IMG/VR virus record: IMGVR_UViG_642918906_000001
Coordinates: 128,001-192,000 of that record
Length of the DNA: 64,000 nucleotides
Source: a virus
Taxonomy: Duplodnaviria; Caudoviricetes
Reading direction: 5' to 3' (one strand)
Both the position numbers and the translations under genes were made by a program. Each line of letters opens with the position of its first letter. The stretch's first letter is position 1. Under the pieces are notes generated by a model. That model saw only the letters and a list, made by a program, of their open reading frames with translations. It was not told the origin of the DNA and searched no databases. This document shows positions 18,838 to 29,406 of this stretch, one piece after another.

Positions 18838-20124
18838 TTAACCTTCTACTCCGATAATACGGAAGTAAGCAGTCTCGTTCTTAACTGGCTGAGCCGGGTA
18901 GCGTCCACCGTTTACAGCTTTCTGTTGTAACCATGGGCGGTGATGAGCATCGTAGTTATTACGTTGGTTCATGGTCGCACAGTACACATATAACTGCTCT
19001 ACTGTTGGAGCTAACTGACTCTTGGCCATACCGGGTTCTTTGATGATGTGATAATCTAGCATCTTACCGTAAGCCCCTACCATCGGCAGTTGCTCTTGCT
19101 TACCATCAATGAATCGACCAGGTTCATTAAGATACTGAACTGGTTCGAAAGATTGGAAGAACGTTGGGGAATCAACAATAACAAAGAAACTCTGACTCAG
19201 TTTAAGGTAAGCCCTAATGACGGAATCATCTTTTAACTGCTGTGCATTGAATAACGTTTCACTATCGGGATCTGATTCAAGCCCTAAGCTACTGAGGTCC
19301 ATATCTTTAACCGATTGAATATACCGATTAAGGAACATCATTCGGCCGAAGCTTAGACGCCAGGTATTATCATTAACCCGCTCGTAAACATCTGAGAGTA
19401 CGTTAAGGTAACCGCCTGTTACCAACAACACCGTTTTGTCTTTGATATCGACATCACTTGGTAGTTTCAAATATGTAGCGTCCCAAAGAGGAGTGTCTTC
19501 AGAAGAAGCGATAATCATTTCATCAGTAATTGGAACAAACTTTAATTTACCAATCGTTTCAAATGAGTATAAACCAATCTGGTTATCATTAGACCTTAGT
19601 ACTGTTTTGTTACCATCGATAATCCTTACGCCATTTACAGTCCAGTCAGTTAAATGGAAATAACCATTTACTGAGATCAAACAGTTATCACGGATTACCT
19701 GTGGCTTAAACTTAGGATGAGTTAACACTAAGTCATCTTTATAGTGAACGGAGATATCTTGGTCAATATGACCATTGGCTGGAGCGGCTTGAATATCGTA
19801 ACCACAATGCCAGGCTTGTGCATACTTAACCAAACGAAGTTTCTCGTTGGGTAGCTGTGCATCAAATGGAAGTGTTTTGTTACCAATAGAAGTCAACCAT
19901 TGTTGTACAGTCAGCATAGGGTCAACACCATTTAAAGTGTATTCCACATTCGACCAGTGCAGTGCCTTTAATACAGGGCTACCTGCTCCTGGGTACTCGA
20001 TGTACAAATAGATATCACCATAGTTTGCAGAGAGCGTACCGATTGGCTCGTCAGCCAAATCAGCCTCGGCCCAGCGACCGTCGCGTCGATCTCGGCGGTA
20101 TCTTGCCCGTACTAATTCGTACAT
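18838..20124 (-). CDS. Virion structural protein (gp130-like)
   Basis: 428 aa, GGAGGT RBS, CLISVNGYFH motif; synteny. Confidence 0.75.
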   Translation of the reverse strand: MYELVRARYRRDRRDGRWAEADLADEPIGTLSANYGDIYLYIEYPGAGSPVLKALHWSNVEYTLNGVDPMLTVQQWLTSIGNKTLPFDAQLPNEKLRLVKYAQAWHCGYDIQAAPANGHIDQDISVHYKDDLVLTHPKFKPQVIRDNCLISVNGYFHLTDWTVNGVRIIDGNKTVLRSNDNQIGLYSFETIGKLKFVPITDEMIIASSEDTPLWDATYLKLPSDVDIKDKTVLLVTGGYLNVLSDVYERVNDNTWRLSFGRMMFLNRYIQSVKDMDLSSLGLESDPDSETLFNAQQLKDDSVIRAYLKLSQSFFVIVDSPTFFQSFEPVQYLNEPGRFIDGKQEQLPMVGAYGKMLDYHIIKEPGMAKSQLAPTVEQLYVYCATMNQRNNYDAHHRPWLQQKAVNGGRYPAQPVKNETAYFRIIGVEG

Positions 20125-20216
20125 GTTTTACCTCCAGGAGTAAGATTGGACAATTCTATGTGAATTTCACATCATTACGCTAACAACAGCGCACTAGTGC
20201 TTCCTAGGAGGGCGCG

Positions 20217-22433
20217 ATGGCTTACAGTACAACTAATCTGTATCCAGAAGACCTTAACGGGACTAACCCGGCGAACTTGATTACTAACGAACCACAAACG
20301 TTACAAGTACCTGGTCCCGAAGACTACTACTTTATTATCCCGAAGGCGGCCCCGTTCTTCGTTGACTCCGTGAAGGTACTCAACGCTGCAACAATGCAAC
20401 CTTACGTGGAAGGTGATGACTACCAGCTAGGTCACCAATTCATTGAAGCTATGGACTCTACTGGTCGACCCATTGCCGGTAGTATTCGTTTCATGCGACC
20501 TACCATCACCGGTCAAGTACTTATTACTTACCGAACGTTGGGTGGTCCATGGGGCTTCAGTGATCAGGCGATCATGCGTGAGCTGTCGAACAAACTCGTC
20601 AACCCACTCATCCGCAGTTGGGGTGACATTGATCCGCTCCCTTACTCATTCCCACCATTACCCCATGATCAGCGAATCGACACACTTATTGGTTCTAAAC
20701 AGATCAATGACACCTTGATTCACATTGCTGAGATCATGGAAGCAACTGCTGAAGGGACCACACAATCTCACCTTAATGACTTTAATAACCCGCACCGGGT
20801 TAACAAGACCCAGGTAGGTTTGGGTAACGTCCCCAACTTTGCAATGGCTACCGATCAAGAGCATCAAGATGGTACTCGTAACGATTTGTTTACGAATCCT
20901 CGTGGTGTCCTGTTGATGATTCAGAAGTTTGCATTGGTTCCATTAGATGCACACATCGCCGACTATGGCAACCCACATCGGGTTAACAAGTCACAGGTAG
21001 GTTTGGGTAACGTACCAAACTTTGCAAAAGCAACTGCGGCGCAAGCAATAGATCCGACCAACGACTCGACATTCATGACTCCTTACACGGCAGCCCTGCT
21101 CGTGCAAAGTATGTCTAATGATCCACGTCTTGATCAATTGATCCTTGATTTCAACGAACACATCACTGCTAACAACCCGCACAATATCACACCTGCTCTG
21201 ATTGGCACTTACACATCGGAACAAATCGACGATATGATCGATGCTGTTTCCAGAGGTGGTGATGCAGCAACGTTCGACGGCCAAGATGCCGCACAGTGGG
21301 AAGCTAAGTTCCCGTCTAACGCTGACATGAATGCCATCCTCGATGAACTGTTCCAGACATTTGTTGATGCAAGTACCGCTTGGGCTCAATTGGATGTAAG
21401 TGATCCACTCACCCCTGCTGAGAAAGATACCATTGCAGCACGGCGATTGAGTTGGACGTTTGGCGACTACAACGCGTATGCGCTGTATAACTCTCTTGGG
21501 GACGGGGTTATTCAAGCTTCATCCGAAGTCGGTAATGGATTCCCAACTGGGGCAGTTGCTAACATGGTAGGTCGTTGGGGTACCACTAGTAATGGTGCAT
21601 ACTACGTTAACGATAATGGCACTGTTAAAGTTTGGGGTAGTGGTCCGGTTACTTTACCGACTAAGTATACCAACGCTTCAGATGCGGCTTTTGATCCGAT
21701 CGCAGCAGTGTACCCTTCTCTGGATTGGGTAATCCTACATTCTAGAGCTGGTGAGATCCTACGTGTGTCCCGAGGTACTGCCGCCAATGGTACGGGCGTG
21801 GTTCTTAAGAACGGTGACAACATTGTGTGGAGCATGTACCTTAATAACGGTATGGCCGATAACCGAGTATGTGCTATTTACGAGGACTCGGAGTCGAACT
21901 GGTTTGCTTTGGGTGATACTAGCTGGGTGGCGGCTTGTAATGCGTTACTATCGGCAGCCACCGCGGCTGATGCGACTGTGCTCGACGTACGTATTGGCAC
22001 CAATACCCTGGTGATCATCACCGAGACTGGTCCAGATACAGCTAAGGTTCAGAAAGTATACGTCTACGCTATCAACTGGGGTGGAACAATTACTCTAACT
22101 GACGTTAGTGGTACTACGGCTGTTCGTAACCACACTACAGGTGAAGTTCTGATGGCCGACCAACTGACTGGGGTTACTCAGGTAGCCGGCTCGTTTAACC
22201 ATACGGTACTTACTCGTCCGATTGCACCCGATCAAGAGCTTTGCGATCTGTTATCATTCGGTGACGACTCTAACGGTCAACTCGAGATCCCAGCGACATC
22301 GGCACCATTCTTAGCTATCGGTGCAGGTTACGGTTTTACAGTGACCATCAACCAATTCCGCTACGCTGAGTTCTGGGGTGATTCTCCAGACAACTCGCTG
22401 CTGTATCGTGGATCAGCTAGTATCGCACCTTAA
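20217..22433 (+). CDS. Baseplate/tail-fibre protein with C-terminal beta-propeller (gp131-like)
   Basis: YPEDLNGTNPANLITNE start, HxxxxxNPHxVxKxQVGLGNVPN repeats, RCC1-like blades (FGDDSNGQL, AIGAGYGFT). Confidence 0.8.
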   Translation: MAYSTTNLYPEDLNGTNPANLITNEPQTLQVPGPEDYYFIIPKAAPFFVDSVKVLNAATMQPYVEGDDYQLGHQFIEAMDSTGRPIAGSIRFMRPTITGQVLITYRTLGGPWGFSDQAIMRELSNKLVNPLIRSWGDIDPLPYSFPPLPHDQRIDTLIGSKQINDTLIHIAEIMEATAEGTTQSHLNDFNNPHRVNKTQVGLGNVPNFAMATDQEHQDGTRNDLFTNPRGVLLMIQKFALVPLDAHIADYGNPHRVNKSQVGLGNVPNFAKATAAQAIDPTNDSTFMTPYTAALLVQSMSNDPRLDQLILDFNEHITANNPHNITPALIGTYTSEQIDDMIDAVSRGGDAATFDGQDAAQWEAKFPSNADMNAILDELFQTFVDASTAWAQLDVSDPLTPAEKDTIAARRLSWTFGDYNAYALYNSLGDGVIQASSEVGNGFPTGAVANMVGRWGTTSNGAYYVNDNGTVKVWGSGPVTLPTKYTNASDAAFDPIAAVYPSLDWVILHSRAGEILRVSRGTAANGTGVVLKNGDNIVWSMYLNNGMADNRVCAIYEDSESNWFALGDTSWVAACNALLSAATAADATVLDVRIGTNTLVIITETGPDTAKVQKVYVYAINWGGTITLTDVSGTTAVRNHTTGEVLMADQLTGVTQVAGSFNHTVLTRPIAPDQELCDLLSFGDDSNGQLEIPATSAPFLAIGAGYGFTVTINQFRYAEFWGDSPDNSLLYRGSASIAP

Positions 22434-22444
22434 GGAGGTGACCT

Positions 22445-22768
22445 ATGGCAATGGCTACCTTTCGAGTTAACCTCGATAAACTGAAGACAGCTATTCTTCA
22501 GTTATTCAATGGTCAACTGCAAAAAGTAACTACTCTTAAAGATCGTTTGAATGAACATACCTTAGCAACTGGTAATGTTCACGATCTTGAACCACGTGAC
22601 ATCGGTTTGGGTAACGTACCTGACTGGACACCTGCCACTAAAGTGCAGGCACAGCAAGGTTTGAGTAACAACGCCTTCATGACCCCACGCCGGGTGGATG
22701 ATTACGCAGACGCTAATATCTTCACCGTCATTGGTGATGCATTTAAAGACGCGGCTGATGATCTTTAA
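22445..22768 (+). CDS. Short fibre-family protein (gp132-like)
   Basis: HxxxxGNVHDL..DIGLGNVP repeat; AAGGAGGT RBS. Confidence 0.75.
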   Translation: MAMATFRVNLDKLKTAILQLFNGQLQKVTTLKDRLNEHTLATGNVHDLEPRDIGLGNVPDWTPATKVQAQQGLSNNAFMTPRRVDDYADANIFTVIGDAFKDAADDL

Positions 22769-22781
22769 ACACAACTAAACG

Positions 22782-22828
22782 GCAGAGGGAGCGCTGGTTA
22801 ATCCCAGTGCTTCCCCTGCTGTTATTTT
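22782..22828 (+). terminator. Imperfect 16-bp hairpin followed by TGTTATTTT
   Basis: GCAGAGGGAGCGCTGG...CCAGTGCTTCCCCTGC. Confidence 0.55.
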
Positions 22829-22842
22829 CCCTTGGAGCTGAC

Positions 22843-24210
22843 ATGGCTGACATTTATGTAAAGTATCCGTATGACCCTACTGGGAAGAATGCGGATAACC
22901 TAGTGTCTGGAGAACTACATACACTGACTCCAGTTAGTGGGTTCCCTTACAAAATTATTACCATGAACAATGGTGGCTTCTATGCTCGGACCTGCCGTGT
23001 ATATGACGCTGACTATAATCGCTTGGTGGAAAGTGTAGATTACATCTTAACTTACCGCTACGCACACCTCTCCCAAATGCTGGGACTTGAGGTTGTTAAC
23101 GACATCGTTTTCTTAGATCAGTCCCGTGTTGGCTCCGTGTATATATCGGCTCAGATGGTCGGTAGCGATGTGGCGTTTAGTTTGACCGGTATTCCAGACT
23201 ATGTTGAGTGGTACAGTAATCAAGAAGCTGGGTACTTACCACGAATGTTTGACTACAACGGTAATGAACCAGAATGGGGACCCGGTGAGCTTGATAAGGA
23301 GCGTTGGCGCTTAGACACATACCAACCGTTCAACAATGAGATCTACGAGCTTAGTCGGGCAGCTGAAGGCGGTCGTGGTGTAGGTGAAGACAACTTCCGT
23401 AAACAAGTAAAGGACAAGTACAATGCTTTCCTTGCAATGTTTACAGATCGGTTACAGCGTCACATCGATGATAAAGATAACCCGCACGTTACAACAAAGA
23501 ACCACTTGAAATTAGGGTTACTGCAAAACTACAGACTTGCAACGGTGACGGAGTCTAGACAAGGTGTATCAAACGCACTGTATCAAACGCCTGAGTTGTC
23601 TTGGCAAACCATTGATGCATTAGCTATGCAGCCGCTGAATAGTCATATCACCAACTACAGTAACCCTCACCAGACAACACCTGAGAAGATTGACTCACCA
23701 CGGAAGACTGTGGTTGATTCAACAATAGCTAGTAAGTACCTAGATAACGAAACGGTGGCTAATGCTAACTTGTTCATGAATGGTGCAACAGGCTTCACTT
23801 ATTCGCAGTACTATGCCGCTGTTCGGAGTAATATCCCAGCCGCAAGTTTTGCCGTGATTGGAGGATACTTGAACCCATACCGTCTTGGTCGGGGATCACC
23901 CGCATCAAACACAGTACTTCGTTCAGGTCCTAATCCAAGTTGGCAAACGATTGACTCGCTCATCATTGAAGCTAAACCACGCGCAGCACCGGGTTTAATG
24001 GCTATGGCATTTCCAGGTGGTACTACGCCTTCCAATGCGTTTAACGCTGCCATCCAACAGCCTTGGGCTTACACTGCCAATTTAGGGTCCATCATTTGTT
24101 ATCGCCTAACAGACACGTATGTTTGGGGTGCGGGTAACGGTGCTTGGGGTACAAGCCATAGTGTTCTTTACGTAGCCTATAAATCCGCTGGTGGTTGGGT
24201 TCAAGTGTGA
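22843..24210 (+). CDS. Tail-fibre paralogue (gp131-135 family)
   Basis: YPYDPTGKNADNLVSGE start, NPH repeats; GGAG RBS. Confidence 0.8.
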   Translation: MADIYVKYPYDPTGKNADNLVSGELHTLTPVSGFPYKIITMNNGGFYARTCRVYDADYNRLVESVDYILTYRYAHLSQMLGLEVVNDIVFLDQSRVGSVYISAQMVGSDVAFSLTGIPDYVEWYSNQEAGYLPRMFDYNGNEPEWGPGELDKERWRLDTYQPFNNEIYELSRAAEGGRGVGEDNFRKQVKDKYNAFLAMFTDRLQRHIDDKDNPHVTTKNHLKLGLLQNYRLATVTESRQGVSNALYQTPELSWQTIDALAMQPLNSHITNYSNPHQTTPEKIDSPRKTVVDSTIASKYLDNETVANANLFMNGATGFTYSQYYAAVRSNIPAASFAVIGGYLNPYRLGRGSPASNTVLRSGPNPSWQTIDSLIIEAKPRAAPGLMAMAFPGGTTPSNAFNAAIQQPWAYTANLGSIICYRLTDTYVWGAGNGAWGTSHSVLYVAYKSAGGWVQV

Positions 24211-24219
24211 GGTAATAAA

Positions 24220-25596
24220 ATGATTCCAGTATTACAACCGCTACCCATTGACTGGAGCGGTAAATCGCTACATAACCGAACTAAAGGTGAGATACATAAC
24301 CTCTCCACACAATCAGGATTACCGTATCGGATAATCGTGATGGAACGCGGTTACTTCTACACTGACGATCTGTTCATGATCGACTCACGTGGTTACATCC
24401 TTAAGTCCACTGACTACCAGTGTATCGTACCTAGTAGAGATCTTTTCAATGAGGTTAAGAAAACCGCGTGTGCTGTGATCCTTATCACGAATCCCGATGT
24501 GGGTAACATCGTCAGGGTCGACGCACAGATGGTGGGTGGACGTTATTGCTCACTTAACCCAGCGATCCTTGAAACCGCAATTAACGTCACGTTAGCCGCT
24601 AATCGGAAGATTTATTGGAAAGACATCACAGACAAACCGGATGCGTATCGACCAAATGGTCACCTCCATGCATTGTGGGAACTGTTCGGGTTTACTGAAC
24701 AAACCGGTATCCTCAAACGAATGACTACTGCGATGGATAAGATAGTGGCTAAAGAGTTTGTAGGGTTGTTCGACGAATTCATGATTGAGTGGGGTCCAAT
24801 TGAGGACGGAATGCAAGACGTGGAAAATCGTCTAACTACCCACATCAATGACACTGAGAACCCACATGAGGTAACAGCTGATCAAGCTGGATTGGGTAAC
24901 GTCGTAAATGGACCAGTGGCAACCCAAGCAGACGCACAATTCTCCAGTGACACTAACCGTGGTTCGTACACAACGCCATTGCGAACGAGTCAGTCTATTG
25001 CCGCCAACTTTACTCCAAGGTTGACTGAGCATATTAATGATCTGAATAACCCTCACGCAGATACTGCTGCAAAATTGGGTACCATGACAAACCTCGATTT
25101 TCGTTTGTTGGCTAACCAATTCTACAACCGGGGTGAAACCGTTGCCGCAACAAATAGGTTGCAAGGCCTGGCATTTGCCGATTACACCAACTACATCAGA
25201 ACCAATATCCCAGTAACTGAACTGGTATCGGGTATCTTACCGCAATCCAATTATGTTGGCGTTCCGCAGGGAGATGGATATATCCTTCAACCATCTGCGT
25301 CAGGTTACATGGTGTGGAGACCTTATGTTCAGGCCATCGAACAATGGGTGAAGAAAGGTAATAACATTCTTTACGCGGGTAACTATGGTTCTAACGATCC
25401 CGCGGGCGCACAGGCATGGTTAGGATCTGTCCTAGGTACTAATCACCCTAACGGTACGATTGCTGTTTATCGAGCCATCATGACATGGGGTATTGGTACC
25501 GGCAACGGAGCTATTTCCACAACGGTAAGCGTGACCAGTATGGCCGTGTGCCTCAACGGAGCTTGGACACTCAGTCCAGGCGTATACTCTACTTAA
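24220..25596 (+). CDS. Tail-fibre paralogue (gp131-135 family)
   Basis: LPIDWSGKSLHN start, NPH/GLGNV repeats. Confidence 0.8.
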   Translation: MIPVLQPLPIDWSGKSLHNRTKGEIHNLSTQSGLPYRIIVMERGYFYTDDLFMIDSRGYILKSTDYQCIVPSRDLFNEVKKTACAVILITNPDVGNIVRVDAQMVGGRYCSLNPAILETAINVTLAANRKIYWKDITDKPDAYRPNGHLHALWELFGFTEQTGILKRMTTAMDKIVAKEFVGLFDEFMIEWGPIEDGMQDVENRLTTHINDTENPHEVTADQAGLGNVVNGPVATQADAQFSSDTNRGSYTTPLRTSQSIAANFTPRLTEHINDLNNPHADTAAKLGTMTNLDFRLLANQFYNRGETVAATNRLQGLAFADYTNYIRTNIPVTELVSGILPQSNYVGVPQGDGYILQPSASGYMVWRPYVQAIEQWVKKGNNILYAGNYGSNDPAGAQAWLGSVLGTNHPNGTIAVYRAIMTWGIGTGNGAISTTVSVTSMAVCLNGAWTLSPGVYST

Positions 25597-25606
25597 GGGA
25601 GTCAGC

Positions 25607-26914
25607 ATGACTGATATCACAATCTTACCATTCGACCTGACTGGTACGTTGGCTTCTAACCTGCGAGTGAGTGAGGAACATACCCTCACCCTCGTTACAG
25701 GTCGAACCAATAGAATGTTTGCACCAAAGTTCGGTGCTTACTACAAAGAATCCCTGGAAGTCCGAACAAGTGCAGGTGTTAAACTAAATTACGACACTGA
25801 TTATGTCTGCACCTATTACTACGCTGACATCTGGGATCTTAACGCCAAAGAATGTTGCGCGATCATTGTAGTGACCAACCCATTGGTGGGCAACGACATC
25901 AAGATCACATACCAGGCTGTAGGTGGACCATACGCACTAAGTTTGGATGAGCTTAAAGATATCCTGACTGAAGTCGACAACTCACCTGAATCCATCGCCT
26001 GGGATGATATCCGTAATAAACCGTTGCAATTCCCTCCAGCTTTACACTACCACGAATACTGGCAGTTGTATGGACTTGAGTCCACAGTCGAAAACCTTGA
26101 GTTACTCGGTGAAGCATGGGCAGTTGGTCGCAAAGGCGTCCTTGATGATAACCGTTACTATTACGAAGGATACATCGACCTAGCGCAGAAAGCTTTGGAC
26201 GATTACCGAGTCAAGGTAATGGCACATATCACTGATCGATCTAACCCACACTTGACTGATAAAAATAAAGTAGGTCTTGGGTTGATTAATAACTGGGGTA
26301 TGGCTGACGCCACTGAATCAGCCACCATCACGGTCAATAACAAGTACCAGCCGATTGGCGGTGTTTACGATCAGCTGACGAACCATGTATTTCCGGTATT
26401 GGATCTACACGTGCGTGATACTAACAACCCCCACCGAGTACAGTTGACTGACCCATTGTTGAACTTGTATAGTACGGCACAGATCCAGCAACTGATAAAT
26501 CTTAGATTGGCCCGAACTGAGACAGCGTTTGACTCAGCTGCCTTCCAAGCTATCCCGTTGGCTCAGCTCTATGCCAACTTCAGGACTGGATTACCAGCTG
26601 AAAGCGTACTGGCTAACTCGGTACTACCGCAGGCTTTGATTGCCCCTGCTGTACCGGGCTGGAATCCCGATGATTACGTCTTGAATGGCGCAAACCAATT
26701 TCTACCATACTCGGTACTGATGCAAGCTTACAATGACACCCAAGGTAGTGTTTACTACATCGGCGCCACGCCGTTAGCTTCGTGGGCTCATTTGAGTACA
26801 GGTACATACGTAATAACCGGCACATACGTCTCATTTAACAGTTGGCGAACAATGCCCCAACTTTCAGTATATTTAAAAACCGGGCCCGGCAACAGTTGGG
26901 CTCAAGCAGCCTAA
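25607..26914 (+). CDS. Tail-fibre paralogue (gp131-135 family)
   Basis: LPFDLTGTLASNLRVSEEH start, NPH repeats. Confidence 0.8.
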   Translation: MTDITILPFDLTGTLASNLRVSEEHTLTLVTGRTNRMFAPKFGAYYKESLEVRTSAGVKLNYDTDYVCTYYYADIWDLNAKECCAIIVVTNPLVGNDIKITYQAVGGPYALSLDELKDILTEVDNSPESIAWDDIRNKPLQFPPALHYHEYWQLYGLESTVENLELLGEAWAVGRKGVLDDNRYYYEGYIDLAQKALDDYRVKVMAHITDRSNPHLTDKNKVGLGLINNWGMADATESATITVNNKYQPIGGVYDQLTNHVFPVLDLHVRDTNNPHRVQLTDPLLNLYSTAQIQQLINLRLARTETAFDSAAFQAIPLAQLYANFRTGLPAESVLANSVLPQALIAPAVPGWNPDDYVLNGANQFLPYSVLMQAYNDTQGSVYYIGATPLASWAHLSTGTYVITGTYVSFNSWRTMPQLSVYLKTGPGNSWAQAA

Positions 26915-26926
26915 GGTGAAACAAAC

Positions 26927-27532
26927 ATGACTGAAGAAACCGTAGTTGAACGCGAGTACCCTAACCGCGTTCCAGCAACAGCACTATTCAACCGACTCAA
27001 TGGCGAACTGGTGTCTGTGGTCAGCGTTGCTATCGAAGAAGCCCAGTACAACGAAAGCTATTACATTGCCCGGTCGGTAATGTACGACTTCGGTGCGAAT
27101 GGGGACAAGATTGAAGGCAAGATCAACATTAGCGCCAATGGCGTAGTAACCGATGACTTTAAGGTATTGGCTGCCGATGAGCAGACCATTACCATTTACG
27201 AATCACAAATGAACGCTCTCGCCGCTGAGAAGATCACCAGTAAGTTTCCTCTGACCAAGCAAATCAACTTGCTGGCCAATGCAGTTAATAAGTTGGCAGC
27301 TGAGCATGACCTGCTTAAATCCCCCGAGTTTGAAGCCTTGAACGAGATGGTTGAGTTTATCAACTATTGCGTGCAAGTTAACCAGACCAAGAAAGAGCAC
27401 TACGCCAATGACCCAACTGTTAACTACATCAGTGATAAAGCCGCCGCCGATGCGCTGTCTCGACGGATGGAAGGCGGTGTCCATGAAGAAATTGGAGCAA
27501 AAACTATTACCGGTGGTCGCGTTTGGTCCTGA
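26927..27532 (+). CDS. Hypothetical protein, possible tail-fibre assembly chaperone
   Basis: 201 aa right after the fibre genes; KITSKFPLTKQINLL helical segment. Confidence 0.55.
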   Translation: MTEETVVEREYPNRVPATALFNRLNGELVSVVSVAIEEAQYNESYYIARSVMYDFGANGDKIEGKINISANGVVTDDFKVLAADEQTITIYESQMNALAAEKITSKFPLTKQINLLANAVNKLAAEHDLLKSPEFEALNEMVEFINYCVQVNQTKKEHYANDPTVNYISDKAAADALSRRMEGGVHEEIGAKTITGGRVWS

Positions 27533-27965
27533 TGACGCAAAGCAGATCATCGAATACGTTGAGACACTCGATCCAAGTTACTGGTTCCATCGCCTTAAGA
27601 TTAATAGCATCCCGACTAAGGGTACTAATAAAGCCAACTATTGGTTTATGGGTGATGGCCAGATGCCAAAAGCGTTGAAAGAATATCTCAATGAACTGGC
27701 TCCAACTATCGATGGCTTTAAACCAGCCGAGATCTGCTTAAATCGGTACGAGGTGGGAAATGGGATGCCTGAACATATTGACCAGGCATTCTATCGTTAC
27801 AACATGGTTATTCCTTTGAGTAATCATGGTGATGGTCTGTTCGTCGAAGATGAATGGTATGTAGATCGACCGGGCTCTGGTTTGATCATGCCCATCAAAT
27901 CCCCACCACATCATGTTCCAGATGTAAAGCATCGGCGATACACTCTCATCTATCTTTACGACTAG
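27483..27965 (+). CDS. 2OG-Fe(II) oxygenase
   Basis: LNRYEVGNGMPEHID (HxD), distal PPHHV and RRYTLI (2OG-binding Arg). Confidence 0.85.
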   Translation: MKKLEQKLLPVVAFGPDDAKQIIEYVETLDPSYWFHRLKINSIPTKGTNKANYWFMGDGQMPKALKEYLNELAPTIDGFKPAEICLNRYEVGNGMPEHIDQAFYRYNMVIPLSNHGDGLFVEDEWYVDRPGSGLIMPIKSPPHHVPDVKHRRYTLIYLYD

Positions 27966-27973
27966 GTAATGCC

Positions 27974-28462
27974 ATGTACAAATATTTTGAACCACTAACT
28001 GAATCTGAAGTTGGTGAACTTATTCAACTTTCGAAAGAAGTTAAGTTTACTAAAGCTGAGGGTTATCGTCGTCGGCGTGGTGCCAATGCACCTCAGGTCA
28101 ACAGCGTCTACAATTTCTCCCGTTGGTTTGACTGGCACTCCAGTCAACGTAAACAGTATAAGACTTATTTCCCAACCACAGTCAGGGAAAAGATTGTACA
28201 AGGCTGGTTCCTTGAACTACCACCACATATCGGATTCCTTGATCTGATGGACTACTGGGTAGGAAAACCACAATCGGGTCGGGTCATCGCAACCGCGTTG
28301 AAAGACCAGTCCATCTGGTTGGATGGAAAAGAACAACGATTAAGTGCCGGTGAACAGATCGGCTTTAGCTTAGAATTATTGCATGAAATCAAAACCTGCC
28401 GTGAGGGTGGTCTCTGGGCATGTGTCATGTTCATGGGCTGCTATACGAAGCATGAAGATTAG
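27974..28462 (+). CDS. Cupin/2OG-oxygenase-like protein, degenerate metal motif
   Basis: WFLELPPHIGFLDLMD...LSAGEQIGF...LHEI pattern resembles a double-stranded beta-helix fold without a canonical HxD. Confidence 0.5.
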   Translation: MYKYFEPLTESEVGELIQLSKEVKFTKAEGYRRRRGANAPQVNSVYNFSRWFDWHSSQRKQYKTYFPTTVREKIVQGWFLELPPHIGFLDLMDYWVGKPQSGRVIATALKDQSIWLDGKEQRLSAGEQIGFSLELLHEIKTCREGGLWACVMFMGCYTKHED

Positions 28463-28500
28463 TGCCCAATCCTACAATGACATTACCCTGAGGATTTACC

Positions 28501-29397
28501 ATGGCCACCACAATTGCTAACCCTATTGACCAACAGTTAATTAACGTAACTCGTACCTGCTATTCCGCATACCTTCAAACTTCCAAGTATCTTGGCCTGA
28601 GTCCTTTTCGGATCATTCCGCACACGACCCTGAACGAGAAGTTTAATATCCAATCGGGTATTGCTCCAGCCGTTGGCGAAATGCCTAACGTGCGTTACCT
28701 CGTAATCGGTAACATGGGTCATTACACTGTTAAAGGGCCAGATGGTTCCGATGAAACCACGAACTACATTCACCGTGCAAACGATGCGGCACTGTATAAT
28801 CAGATCCCATTCGTAATGCGTGAAGTAGGTGATGATATCCCAGCTGATCGCCGTGACCAGTATTGCTTACGCACAACTGAGAACGTCGGTGGTAAGAACT
28901 ACATCGTTTATTATGGTCGTCGCCTGAACATGACTGGTATTCAGCCACAACTGCTGGAACTGACTGTAATCAACGGTATCATCACCGCCACACCATACAC
29001 CCCAACTGTCGACGATCTTAACCCGGTTCCACCAGTTATCTCTAACTCTGGTACGGTGATTGGTTCTAATAAAACTGTCTCGGCTAGTGCGATCGTTAAA
29101 GTTTCGCTAAGCGCAGAAGAAATTCGCGACATTACCAATGCCTATCGTATTCGTACTGGTTCCACCCGATCTCCAACTATTTCTGAGATGGGTCTGTGCT
29201 CAGGTGTAGACCGTCGAGTTACAGCAGCCGGCTCTAACTTCCAATACAACGAAGTTATTGCTTGTCAGATCAACGTCTTCATTGCAACCAACCATCCAAT
29301 CGGCTACAACTCTAGTGGTCTCGACCTCACCTTCGATATCGGTGGTGTTGAACCAATGTTGGGTTCGAACGCAGTGCAGCAAGCAACCTTCCGTTAA
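28501..29397 (+). CDS. Virion/baseplate structural protein (gp139-like)
   Basis: [28 protein letters not shown] and [11 protein letters not shown] motifs. Confidence 0.8.
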   Translation: MATTIANPIDQQLINVTRTCYSAYLQTSKYLGLSPFRIIPHTTLNEKFNIQSGIAPAVGEMPNVRYLVIGNMGHYTVKGPDGSDETTNYIHRANDAALYNQIPFVMREVGDDIPADRRDQYCLRTTENVGGKNYIVYYGRRLNMTGIQPQLLELTVINGIITATPYTPTVDDLNPVPPVISNSGTVIGSNKTVSASAIVKVSLSAEEIRDITNAYRIRTGSTRSPTISEMGLCSGVDRRVTAAGSNFQYNEVIACQINVFIATNHPIGYNSSGLDLTFDIGGVEPMLGSNAVQQATFR

Positions 29398-29406
29398 GGA
29401 TTGACT

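Noticed and set aside
24208-24222. TGA followed in frame by the next fibre gene (also at 29968-29985)
   Set aside because: In-frame spacing happens by chance one time in three, and the spacers hold normal RBS sequences (GAGGT). There is no independent support for fusion.
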